In this document: positions 47,217-55,976 of the stretch, piece by piece
Numbering within the stretch: the first letter of the stretch is position 1
How the letters are laid out: each line of letters starts with the position of its first letter
Source: a virus
Lineage: Duplodnaviria > Caudoviricetes
Length of the DNA: 64,000 nucleotides
IMG/VR virus record: IMGVR_UViG_3300028048_000057
Coordinates: 97,443 to 161,442 of that record
Direction: 5' to 3' (one strand)
Notes under the pieces: model-generated
The model's input: only the letters and a program-made list of their open reading frames with translations
Databases searched by the model: none
What the model was told of the DNA's origin: nothing
Translations under genes and position numbers: made by a program

Positions 47217-48455
47217 ATTGAACCATCATTAGAGATGTTGACCTTAGGTAACTGATTCTAGTGGTAAGTTCAATTAAAATAAGGGCGTAATTCCACCGAT
47301 AACGGAATCATAATACAATAAGTTTAGGGGAAGATACCATTGAGAAATTACCGACCAGACATAAGGTCAATGGATGAAAATCACTAAACGAAATGGGATG
47401 TGGGTCGGTTGCCACCCTAAACTCCAGCCAAGTGGAGAAAGTAGAATAGGCTACGAACAAATCTTGGATACCTCATCTATAGTGCCTAATTGTGTAAGAC
47501 TAAACTATCGGGCCCACTAAAATTCTTTGAGAGCATAATGACTCAAGGACCCGAGCATGCGATAGATTAAAAGGTAGGATAATATAGGACCTTCCTTAAT
47601 TAATTTATTTTCTTAAGCATTACCTCCAAGTAATTACTTAATGATATCTTAAGTGAGGGAACTAATTATCATGCGTGGTAATTAAGTTTAAAAGATTACT
47701 TTAAATTGGTAGATACATCTTAATTGATGTGTGCTATATAGGTATCATTAACCTTGATAATTATTGGATAGATGAAATACTCAATTCTAATAAATATCTA
47801 AAGAGGTGGTTCTCTAATAAAATTGAGAATTTCTCCATGGCGATAGGATATTCATGGTGAGCCTTAATAGTTTATGAATAGGCAATAGCACAAAATAGTA
47901 AGAGAATCTATTAAATATGTGCATGGTCTAGTGTAGCCGAAAATACACTAATAGTTCCACCACCCAGTACTGAATGTTGTTTGATGGTATTGAAGACTAA
48001 CTTGCGTAGAAAGCCTTCTCATCAAGTAAGTGGACTACCTCAGCCTATCATCTTTTAAGAAATAATTACGTCGCCGTCTTAGGACATTGCGTGGTGAAAG
48101 CCCATACCAGCATCCTGATTGGGAGCCTTAAAAGTTTGGCTTATAACCATTAGTGATAGGTAATTAACCACATGCTATTTGCAAATACACCTATGGGAAC
48201 ATAGGTTATGTGGTAAAAAGAGACTAAAGCAGGGGAACTCCAGATAGTTGGTCTGCAAAAGAGGGTTGTGCCTCTTATAGGTCCAGAGGATGACGGACTG
48301 TGGTTCTAATCCCAGACAAATGGTTCTTGGACCATAACTAACCAAGTGTTCAAGTAATATGTAAACCGCCAGTAATGGTTGAGGTAGCAGGGCCTCAGTT
48401 AAAAGGAGTCTAAATATGAAAGAAGAGGAAGGAAAACCTCGTAAACCACTTTTTT
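47217..48455 (+). ncRNA. Giant (~1.24 kb) multi-domain structured ncRNA, GOLLD/ROOL-like context
   Basis: No ORF of 60 aa or more in any frame; about 30 helices by eye including long-range pairs and pseudoknots; GC and CpG elevated; promoter at 5' end, T tract at 3' end. Confidence 0.8.
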
Positions 48456-48499
48456 AAAAAATTAGACATCAATTAATAAAAGTTGGTGTATAATATAAT

Positions 48500-48620
48500 G
48501 AGTAAGAGTTTAGTGGGTGAACCTAAACTAACTACCAAAAAAACAAAAAGATGATTTTCATTCATGTTTTATTGCCTCCTTTCTATAGTTCACCAAAGTG
48601 GCTTGAGTGCCACTTTTTTT
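48500..48620 (+). ncRNA. Small RNA exposing anti-SD/anti-start sequence
   Basis: GTGTATAAT at 48486; GGTGAAC/GTTCACC stem enclosing CATGTTTTATTGCCTCCTTTCT; terminator AAGTGGC/GCCACTT plus T tract. Confidence 0.6.
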
Positions 48621-48659
48621 ATTCTTAACTAAAATTTTAAAATAACAATGCTAAAATTA

Positions 48660-48758
48660 ATGTGGTATTTAATTATCACTTTATTTAGGCTATGACTATG
48701 AGAATACTTATCCTTTCAATCTCATGGTTTAGTAAGGACTCCTGAGGGGGTCTTTTTT
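48660..48758 (+). ncRNA. Second small RNA with a CU-rich (anti-SD-like) loop
   Basis: TGCTAAAATTA at 48649; GACTATGAGA/TCTCATGGTT stem with loop containing CTTATCCTTTC; terminator AGGACTCC/GGGGTCTT plus T tract. Confidence 0.5.
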
Positions 48759-48810
48759 ATTTTTTACACTTTAATTTAAGGCATTATTTTATTTTTTACA
48801 CTTTAATTTA
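48755..48810. repeat. 24-bp direct repeat x2 (TTTTATTTTTTACACTTTAATTTA), period 32
   Basis: Copies at 48755-48778 and 48787-48810. Confidence 0.8.
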
Positions 48811-48820
48811 TTTTTTTTTA

Positions 48821-48850
48821 TTGACAAATTTATATAATCAAGTTTATACT
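48821..48850 (+). promoter_or_regulatory. Sigma70/SigA early promoter
   Basis: TTGACA-18-TATACT. Confidence 0.7.
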
Positions 48851-48883
48851 AATGTCAGATGAATCACATTGGAGGTATTTACT

Positions 48884-49474
48884 ATGAAAACTAAAAATTT
48901 AGATAAAAATCAAACTATTCAACTTATTGATTCTTGTAAAAAGAGAATTGATTTTAATAATAAACTTAATGCTTTTGCAAGAAAATTTATGAAAGATAGG
49001 GGTCTTGATGATTGGCATCAATTTAATGGATATCATGATGAACCAACACAAGAAATGAAAGATTCCTTATTAGATATTTTAAATAACAACACTTTGTGTG
49101 ATTTATCTTGGATGTCTAATGATTTAAAATTAGAATATCTTAAGTATACTGGTGCTATCTTTGGACAAGTTTATGGTCCTCATGTTAATGATTATGTAAG
49201 AAGAGATTTACATGACCTTGAATCTCATTTAGAAGAAATTGAGCATAGTGCAAATAATAGAGAAGAAGAAAATAGTGAATTTAGAGTTGAGAGAGATTTA
49301 GCCTCAAATAGATTAAATCTTTATTTTGATGAAATTCCTAATGAAGAGGCTAGAAGAATTCTTAAAAAGAATGGATTTAGGTATTCTCCTTATCTTGGTG
49401 CTTGGACTAGACAACTTACTCAAAATGCTGAAAATTCATTAAATAAAATTAAACAAGAAATGGGAATTAATTAA
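48884..49474 (+). CDS. Early protein with a C-terminal domain seen in phage/plasmid polyvalent proteins
   Basis: NRL.LYFD.IP.EEAR..LK.NGFRYSP...AW.RQLT.NA; GGAGGT RBS before ATG 48884. Confidence 0.55.
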   Translation: MKTKNLDKNQTIQLIDSCKKRIDFNNKLNAFARKFMKDRGLDDWHQFNGYHDEPTQEMKDSLLDILNNNTLCDLSWMSNDLKLEYLKYTGAIFGQVYGPHVNDYVRRDLHDLESHLEEIEHSANNREEENSEFRVERDLASNRLNLYFDEIPNEEARRILKKNGFRYSPYLGAWTRQLTQNAENSLNKIKQEMGIN

Positions 49475-49481
49475 AATTATG

Positions 49482-49510
49482 TTGACATCTATTTACAAAA
49501 AGTGTATACT
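49482..49510 (+). promoter_or_regulatory. Sigma70/SigA early promoter
   Basis: TTGACA-17-TATACT. Confidence 0.75.
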
Positions 49511-49538
49511 GAATGTAGAATAGAAGAGGTAATTTAAA

Positions 49539-50273
49539 ATGAAATTTAACTACAATGATGGTGGAAGAAGTAAGTACTTTCAAGGAAGTTCAGGTGATTG
49601 TGTAACAAGAGCAATCGCTATTGCTACTGGTAGAGATTATTTAGAAGTTTACAATGCTCTTAATAAGATGGCTAAAAGAGAATCTGTCAAGAGACACAGA
49701 GGTCATAAGAGAAGCCAAAGTAGAAATGGTGTATTTAAAGAGACTTGGAAAAGATATCTTAGAGATTCTGGTTGGGTAAGAGTGTCAACTTGTGAGTTTG
49801 GTTCTACTAAAAGTAAAGTTAAATTTGTTGATGGAGCCCTTCCAGAAAAAGGAACTTACATTGTTCAATTAAGTAAACATCTTACCACATTAGTAGATGG
49901 TGTTATCAATGATACCTATGATTGTTCTAGTAAAGATTATTATGACTGGGATACAGGTGCATTAGTAACCAATGATGAAAGATGTGTATATGGTTATTAT
50001 AGAGCCCCTAATGTAGAAGAAAAGAAAATGCATGAAGAGACCTTGGCTCAAGTTGAAGAATTTAAACAATTTAAAGAACAAGAGAAGAAAGAACTTCAAG
50101 CAAAGAAACAAGAAGTTAAAAAGCATAATGACAAGATTAAAAAACAATATGCACCTAAGATTAATAAGTTAAAAGCACAACTTAGAAAACTTGAAAGAGA
50201 AAGAGATTCTAAACTTCTTCCTACTCCACAAATGGAAAAGGATGCTTGGGCTAAAAGGAGATTTACATTATGA
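49539..50273 (+). CDS. Phage protein with possible Cys-His-Asp (papain-like) triad and coiled-coil tail
   Basis: GDCVTRAIAIA..Y, HLT..DG...DTYD. Confidence 0.55.
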   Translation: MKFNYNDGGRSKYFQGSSGDCVTRAIAIATGRDYLEVYNALNKMAKRESVKRHRGHKRSQSRNGVFKETWKRYLRDSGWVRVSTCEFGSTKSKVKFVDGALPEKGTYIVQLSKHLTTLVDGVINDTYDCSSKDYYDWDTGALVTNDERCVYGYYRAPNVEEKKMHEETLAQVEEFKQFKEQEKKELQAKKQEVKKHNDKIKKQYAPKINKLKAQLRKLERERDSKLLPTPQMEKDAWAKRRFTL

Positions 50274-50731
50274 AAGTAGTTCTATTACATAAAGATGTTT
50301 ACATTCCTGAGTGGGTAAATTCTAAAGTTAAGTACTTACTAGAAAAATATAATAAATTTACTTTATCTCAACATGTAATAAATCATGCTACTAGAGATGT
50401 AGATAGAAGTCATGGATATACTTTAGATAAATTAAATGAATCTTTAAGAAATGCTATTGGAAAATCTTTTGAAGCATTTGAAGTAGAACTCATTCAGTAT
50501 AATGAAGGTGACAAATGGTTAGTTTCAAAAATTTGTATTAGAATTCCTTACTCTTCTAATCAAGAGGCTTGTTTATCTATAAGACCTTATAGAGACCCAA
50601 TTACAAAAAAGATAGATGTAACTAATGCTCATATTATTACTACTTGGTTAAATAGTACAGAAGATGCACATTACACTTTAGATGAGTCTAAGTATTCAAA
50701 TAAATTAAAATGTGATATTTTAGGTATTTAA
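50270..50731 (+). CDS. Hypothetical protein
   Basis: 153 aa; H..TTWLN..D.H.TLD pattern. Confidence 0.55.
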   Translation: MKVVLLHKDVYIPEWVNSKVKYLLEKYNKFTLSQHVINHATRDVDRSHGYTLDKLNESLRNAIGKSFEAFEVELIQYNEGDKWLVSKICIRIPYSSNQEACLSIRPYRDPITKKIDVTNAHIITTWLNSTEDAHYTLDESKYSNKLKCDILGI

Positions 50732-50798
50732 ATATAAAGTGTCTTAGAAGGGCTAAAAACAGTGTTAAAATGAATAAGAAAGGAACTCTTGAATTATT

Positions 50799-51485
50799 AT
50801 GAGTAGATATAAAGAATCACCAGAGTATAGAGAACTTAGATGTCCTTGTTGTGGAAAGCCTATGCAAGAGATGGAAGTCTTAGATACTTATATGGGTTGG
50901 GATGATGAAATGTATGCAGAATCTCATTATAAATATAGATGCAAAGAATGTAATATAAAATATGATGAAAAAGATAAAGAATGGAAACTTCCAAAAGGAT
51001 ATGAAGCAACAATCACTCCTAAACAAATTGATTATTTAAATTTTCTTTATAATGGAGTTACAAGGTATCCTTATGATTTTGATTATTTAGGTAGGCCTAG
51101 AAGTGTTTATTTTGATAAATATACTCCTGATGTTTTATCTAAAGAATTTGCTACTAGACTTATTCAAGACCAAGTTGATGCAAGACTAGAATTAAACAAG
51201 AATAGAAAAAAGCAAAAAGAGTTTGAAGATTGCATTGAAAAGTATGGGATAAATCCTAGATATCATTATGGTGATGAAGTGGATGGGGTTGAAAGTTATG
51301 GTTTAAACATTGAGGATGTGGCTACTATTATTTTTAAAATTAATACTAAAACCTATGAATTAGATTTAAACCATCTAAGAATCAATATTGAAGATACAAA
51401 TAAATTTTTATCTCTTAATTTACAAGAGTATGTTGACATTCTTATTAAATTAAAGTGTGATTTAATTAATTTAAATAAAGATTAA
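50799..51485 (+). CDS. Zinc-ribbon protein
   Basis: CPCC..CKEC. Confidence 0.55.
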   Translation: MSRYKESPEYRELRCPCCGKPMQEMEVLDTYMGWDDEMYAESHYKYRCKECNIKYDEKDKEWKLPKGYEATITPKQIDYLNFLYNGVTRYPYDFDYLGRPRSVYFDKYTPDVLSKEFATRLIQDQVDARLELNKNRKKQKEFEDCIEKYGINPRYHYGDEVDGVESYGLNIEDVATIIFKINTKTYELDLNHLRINIEDTNKFLSLNLQEYVDILIKLKCDLINLNKD

Positions 51486-51498
51486 AAGAGGTGTTATT

Positions 51499-51825
51499 AT
51501 GAGCAGTTGGAAAGAAAAACAATCTATGTTAGAACAAGCAGATAAAGCAAACATAAGACTAGCAAAAGAGATTAAGCAGTATAAAGACATTGAAGAAGAA
51601 TTAGGTATTGATTTAATTACTTTGTTTAAGGCTTTAACTAATGGTTTTTATACAATAAGAGAAGATTTAGGTCTTATTACTGATGCTAGATTAGTTCTTA
51701 ATCATACTTATCCAAAGTTTGAATTTATTAGAGATGATTCAATGTATTTTTATAACCTAAAAGACTATGGTAAAACTTGGGCATTAACAAAGGAAGAACT
51801 CAAAAATGGCAAAGAAGAAAATTAA
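51499..51825 (+). CDS. Hypothetical phage protein
   Basis: IEEELG..DYGKTWALTKEE pattern. Confidence 0.55.
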   Translation: MSSWKEKQSMLEQADKANIRLAKEIKQYKDIEEELGIDLITLFKALTNGFYTIREDLGLITDARLVLNHTYPKFEFIRDDSMYFYNLKDYGKTWALTKEELKNGKEEN

Positions 51826-51985
51826 AGATTTGACTTTAGAAGAAATGAGCAAGATTTGTTCAAAACATACACAAGGTGGTGTTGTTTATTGTGAAAACTC
51901 AAATTGTCCTTTATTTTTTGCAGGAACTTGTCTTAAAGGTCTTATTGAAAGATTACAATATATTAAAAAAGAGGTATTGTTATGA
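51806..51985 (+). CDS. 59-aa Cys-rich protein (not in ORF track)
   Basis: MAKKKIKDLTLEE..C..C..CPLF..C; AAGGA RBS. Confidence 0.5.
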   Translation: MAKKKIKDLTLEEMSKICSKHTQGGVVYCENSNCPLFFAGTCLKGLIERLQYIKKEVLL

Positions 51986-52130
51986 AATATAAGATTATTA
52001 ACAAAATAGTAATGAATGTGGGGGAAGTATATAAACTACACAAAATTATTGCTGTATTAGAATGTAAAATAGTTCGCTATTGGTGTGGAGATTATTGTGA
52101 ATTAACTTTGTTGGTAGAGGTAGATGAATA

Positions 52131-52772
52131 ATGAAAGCAATCTTAATGAGTATCAAACCAAAATGGTGTGCCTTAATTATGAATAAGGATAAAAAGATTG
52201 AAGTTCGTAAAGGCACTACACTATATAAAGCAATTCAAAAACTCATTGATGAAAATGGGTATGCTGACATTTATGCTTATTGCACGAAAGGTAAAAGGAT
52301 ATTAGGGAAAATACTTAATATATGGACTACCTTCAAACCTACTAAATGGACTAACAAAAGATACAATGGCAAAGTTATCTTCAAGTTCCGTTGCTATAAG
52401 GTAGAAGAAATATGGAATAATAGATATAAAATGATTTCTTTTCCTAGAAATGATTATGTTGAAAGACCTACATATAAAACAGAGAATATTGCTATGGAAG
52501 AATTATTAAAAAAGTCATGCTTGACTGAAAAAGAAATATCTAGTTATTTAGAACTTTCTATTGGTTATGCCATTCACATTAGTGATTTAGAAATCTTTGA
52601 CAAACCAAAAGAGTTGTATGAATTTCATAAACCTTTAGGTTCATATGATTGTAATCATAATTGTGGAGGTGGTTGCAATATGTGTTGGTGTGAAGGTTGG
52701 GAAACTAGATTTCACTTTGAATGTGAGATACAAAAAGCACCTCAAAGTTGGTGTTATACAGAGGTAGATTAA
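52131..52772 (+). CDS. ASCH/PUA-like domain protein
   Basis: ILMSIKPKW..I..K.K.IEVRK, YAY.T, GKVI..F, APQSWCY. Confidence 0.8.
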   Translation: MKAILMSIKPKWCALIMNKDKKIEVRKGTTLYKAIQKLIDENGYADIYAYCTKGKRILGKILNIWTTFKPTKWTNKRYNGKVIFKFRCYKVEEIWNNRYKMISFPRNDYVERPTYKTENIAMEELLKKSCLTEKEISSYLELSIGYAIHISDLEIFDKPKELYEFHKPLGSYDCNHNCGGGCNMCWCEGWETRFHFECEIQKAPQSWCYTEVD

Positions 52773-53012
52773 TATGATTAAATATGCAGTAGGAGTAAAA
52801 ATAAATACAGGTTTTGAAAATGAAGAAGAACTGTTTGTTGAGAAACCAAAAATAACAATGGTTTGTGGAACAGGAGAACTTCTACACACAACTTATGCTA
52901 AAGATTTTGCTTATTTATACAAAAATAAATCATCAGCACAAAGATTTATAGATAAAGCAATTACCATGTTAGATACAACTTATTCCCTATATATTGTGGA
53001 GGTGGAAGAATA

Positions 53013-53576
53013 ATGAAATGTGTTAAACAAGATTTAATAAAGCAAAGAAGATTTATTTTTGATGGTGATGAACCTTATTCTATTGACCCTATAACTATAT
53101 TATTAGATGAGAATACAAAAACTTGTACTATAACAGATGGTTTTGGAAAAACTTATTCTCATACTTGGAGAGGATTTAATACTAAAGATAATGATTTTAT
53201 TAAGTTCTTTGAAACATCTGATAGGGATTGGGGATATTTTTGTGGAAAGTTAGGATTAGTCCCAACTCATTTAAATCTTAGTAAATCTAAAAAATATGCT
53301 TTACAATGCTTCTTTAGACATATTAATAAAGAAACTTCAAAAGAAGAAATAAAAAGTGTAATTCATAAAATTGAAACCATAAGTACATATGATGTTGAAA
53401 GTTTTGAAAGATTGGCCCATATAGTTATAGATGATTATAGTGATGCATGGGATTGTACTTTGGCAATTACATCTTGGGAAGGTACAGAAAAGAATATGAA
53501 AGAGGCCATCATTGCCTTAGCACCTATCATTAGAAAAGAATATGCAGAAAAGGAGAACCTAAATCATGAGTCTTAA
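53013..53576 (+). CDS. Hypothetical protein
   Basis: 187-aa coupled ORF. Confidence 0.55.
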   Translation: MKCVKQDLIKQRRFIFDGDEPYSIDPITILLDENTKTCTITDGFGKTYSHTWRGFNTKDNDFIKFFETSDRDWGYFCGKLGLVPTHLNLSKSKKYALQCFFRHINKETSKEEIKSVIHKIETISTYDVESFERLAHIVIDDYSDAWDCTLAITSWEGTEKNMKEAIIALAPIIRKEYAEKENLNHES

Positions 53577-53889
53577 TAATGAAATAGAAGTAGAACTTAT
53601 TGAAAACTATAAACCAGAATTTTCACAACTTGCTGAAATATCAGAGGTTGAAGTAGTAGTTCAACAAATCATAGTTAATAATGAGATACAAAATATAACT
53701 GGACATGCTTTTGTAATTTCATGTCCTAAATGTGGAAGAGTCCTTTATCAATTTCCATATGGTGTTAGTGAGGTTGAAGCACATTTAGCAAGAAATCAAG
53801 GAGGAAAAGAGTTATTAAAAATTGCAACTCATTGTCCTTCATGTGGAGTTAAATTAGACTATGGACCTAAAGAAATAATAAATTATTAA
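53566..53889 (+). CDS. Zinc-ribbon protein
   Basis: CPKCG..CPSCG. Confidence 0.6.
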   Translation: MSLNNEIEVELIENYKPEFSQLAEISEVEVVVQQIIVNNEIQNITGHAFVISCPKCGRVLYQFPYGVSEVEAHLARNQGGKELLKIATHCPSCGVKLDYGPKEIINY

Positions 53890-53941
53890 AGTTTATATCT
53901 AGATATAAACTTTTTTGAAGTATAATAAAATAGGAGTGTTC

Positions 53942-54811
53942 ATGGAAGAAAAGAAAAAATACTTTATATGTAGTGATATTCATAGTTTCTTTGATGAATG
54001 GCAAGAAGCCATTATATCTAATGGATTTGATATAAATAACCCAAACCATATTATAGTTATTTGTGGTGATATTTTTGATAGAGGAACTCAACCATTACAA
54101 GTATATAACTTTATAAAAAGTTTACCTAAAGAAAGAAGAATTCTTATTAGAGGTAACCATGAAATACTTTTAAGAGAACTTGTAGAAAGAGGTTATGGTG
54201 AAAATCATGATAGAAGTAATGGTACTTTAGATACTCTTTACTACTTACAAGGATTGCCTAATGAAGGTGAGTTTAATCATAATTTTTATAGAGAAACTTC
54301 TTGTGAAGAATATGATAGTCCTAGATACAATCAAATCAAAATTAAATATGAATCTAAAAGAAGAAATATTTGGAAAGGTTTGATTAAAGAGATTATAGAT
54401 TGGATTTATAGTGATGAGTGGGTAAATTATTGGGAAACTAATAATTATATCTTTGTTCATAGTTGGATTCCTCTTAAACAACATTTAATAGAAAAATGGG
54501 GAATGCTCTTTAAAAATAAAGAAGATGAATATAGAGAAGATTGGAGAAATGCCACTCAATGGGAGTGGGAAGATGCTATGTGGGGATGTCCTTGGCAAAA
54601 AGCCTACCTTAAATTAAATAAAACAGGAAAGACTATTGTTTGTGGACATTGGCATACAAGTGATTTCTTTAATCATTTAACTAAAACAAAAAAGGAACTT
54701 TATGACTGTCCTATATTCAAATCTAAAAGATATAAATTAATAGGTTTAGATGCTTGTACTGCAGGTTCTAAAAAAGTCAATTGTTTAGTAATGGAGGAGG
54801 ACGAATTATGA
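53942..54811 (+). CDS. Ser/Thr protein phosphatase-like metallophosphoesterase
   Basis: SDIHS, GDIFDRG, RGNHE, FVH, CGHWH, GLD; ATG 53942 after AGGAG. Confidence 0.85.
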   Translation: MEEKKKYFICSDIHSFFDEWQEAIISNGFDINNPNHIIVICGDIFDRGTQPLQVYNFIKSLPKERRILIRGNHEILLRELVERGYGENHDRSNGTLDTLYYLQGLPNEGEFNHNFYRETSCEEYDSPRYNQIKIKYESKRRNIWKGLIKEIIDWIYSDEWVNYWETNNYIFVHSWIPLKQHLIEKWGMLFKNKEDEYREDWRNATQWEWEDAMWGCPWQKAYLKLNKTGKTIVCGHWHTSDFFNHLTKTKKELYDCPIFKSKRYKLIGLDACTAGSKKVNCLVMEEDEL

Positions 54812-55077
54812 ATTCAAAAGAATTAACATTTGGTGAAAGAGTTAAAATTTTATTATCCTATATGAAGATGTCTCAAAGAGAATTTGCTAAGGAAACTAAT
54901 CTCAATGAAAGTCAATTAAGTAGATTATTAAAAGGTAAGAGAAAACCTTTATATTATGAGATAGTCTCTATAACTAAAGTTTTAGGGATTCCTTATGATT
55001 GTTTAGTTGGTAATTCTTCTTTATTTGATAAGTTATTATTAACTATTGAAGAAGTGGTGGCATCTTCACTTTGGTGA
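54808..55077 (+). CDS. XRE-family helix-turn-helix regulator
   Basis: FGERVK..MSQREFA..L.ESQLSR..GKRKP; ATG 54808 after GGAGGA. Confidence 0.85.
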   Translation: MNSKELTFGERVKILLSYMKMSQREFAKETNLNESQLSRLLKGKRKPLYYEIVSITKVLGIPYDCLVGNSSLFDKLLLTIEEVVASSLW

Positions 55078-55139
55078 GGTGGCAAGGGGCCCAAGTAACT
55101 TATTATTTTATTATATGGTTTACTAAGGTATATTATGGT

Positions 55140-55290
55140 AAATTATTAATAATTAATTTATTTACTATTCTATAAGAATAGATAAATAATTATTATTAAA
55201 GTGTAAAAGTGACATAAAGTCAGTGAATGTATGAATACTATGAATATTATATTTATATAATATGAATAGTATGAATACATGAACTTAAAA
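55140..55290. repeat. AT-rich palindrome plus TATGAATA repeat array (candidate origin or operator)
   Basis: TATGAATA at 55230, 55239, 55261, 55270; imperfect palindrome centred on CTATTCT-ata-AGAATAG. Confidence 0.65.
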
Positions 55291-55397
55291 CCCCATGGTA
55301 GAAAGAAAATATAAAATAAAAGAAAGAAATATTCCCCTTTTTTCTTATGAACTTAGGTGTATAATATTTTGAACAATATAAGAAAGGAATTGTTAGT

Positions 55398-55976
55398 ATG
55401 GGAAGAGAATTAGGTATCCATAGAATTGATTTCTTAAAGGATGGTAGTGCTATAATTAGGCATAGTGATTTTAATCTTTGTGGTAGAACAGAATTTACAA
55501 ATAGTATTACTCAATTATTTTATAATGCAGAACCACAAGTAGATTATCTCATTATTAGACCTAAAGGATATTCAAATGAGAATAAAGAACTTGAAAAAGT
55601 TAATAAAGTTCATGTTGCAGTAGAAGATAACTATTGGGATGAAAAAGAATTTGATATGGAATATTCTATAGTTAGTAGAGAAACTATAAATGATATTTGT
55701 AATGAACATATTGATAAGGATAATAATGAATTAGAAAGAGAAAGAGCAATGATAGAAGATGCTAGAATTGCTAGACAACATACAACTAATTTAAAAGATT
55801 TTGAAGATTTCTCAAATTTGATTGATGACCTTATAGAACATTACAATAACTACTCTAGAGAAGCAGAAGATTATTTAAATGCAATTAAAGGTATAGAAAT
55901 TAACTTTACTTATAATTCATCTATTGTTAAGGAGGAAGTAGTTGAATCTTATATTCTTCTAACTTATAGTGAGTAA
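55398..55976 (+). CDS. Hypothetical protein
   Basis: GTGTATAAT motif and AGAAAGGA RBS. Confidence 0.55.
   Translation: MGRELGIHRIDFLKDGSAIIRHSDFNLCGRTEFTNSITQLFYNAEPQVDYLIIRPKGYSNENKELEKVNKVHVAVEDNYWDEKEFDMEYSIVSRETINDICNEHIDKDNNELERERAMIEDARIARQHTTNLKDFEDFSNLIDDLIEHYNNYSREAEDYLNAIKGIEINFTYNSSIVKEEVVESYILLTYSE

Noticed and set aside
47217-48455. Group I/II intron, rRNA fragment or decayed gene
   Set aside because: No interrupted flanking gene, no GUGYG start or domain V, no recognisable rRNA motifs; helix density and retained CpG argue against a pseudogene. A formal CM search is still needed.
55230-55284. CRISPR array
   Set aside because: 8-bp repeats with 1-14-bp gaps; no spacer-sized unique segments and no cas genes
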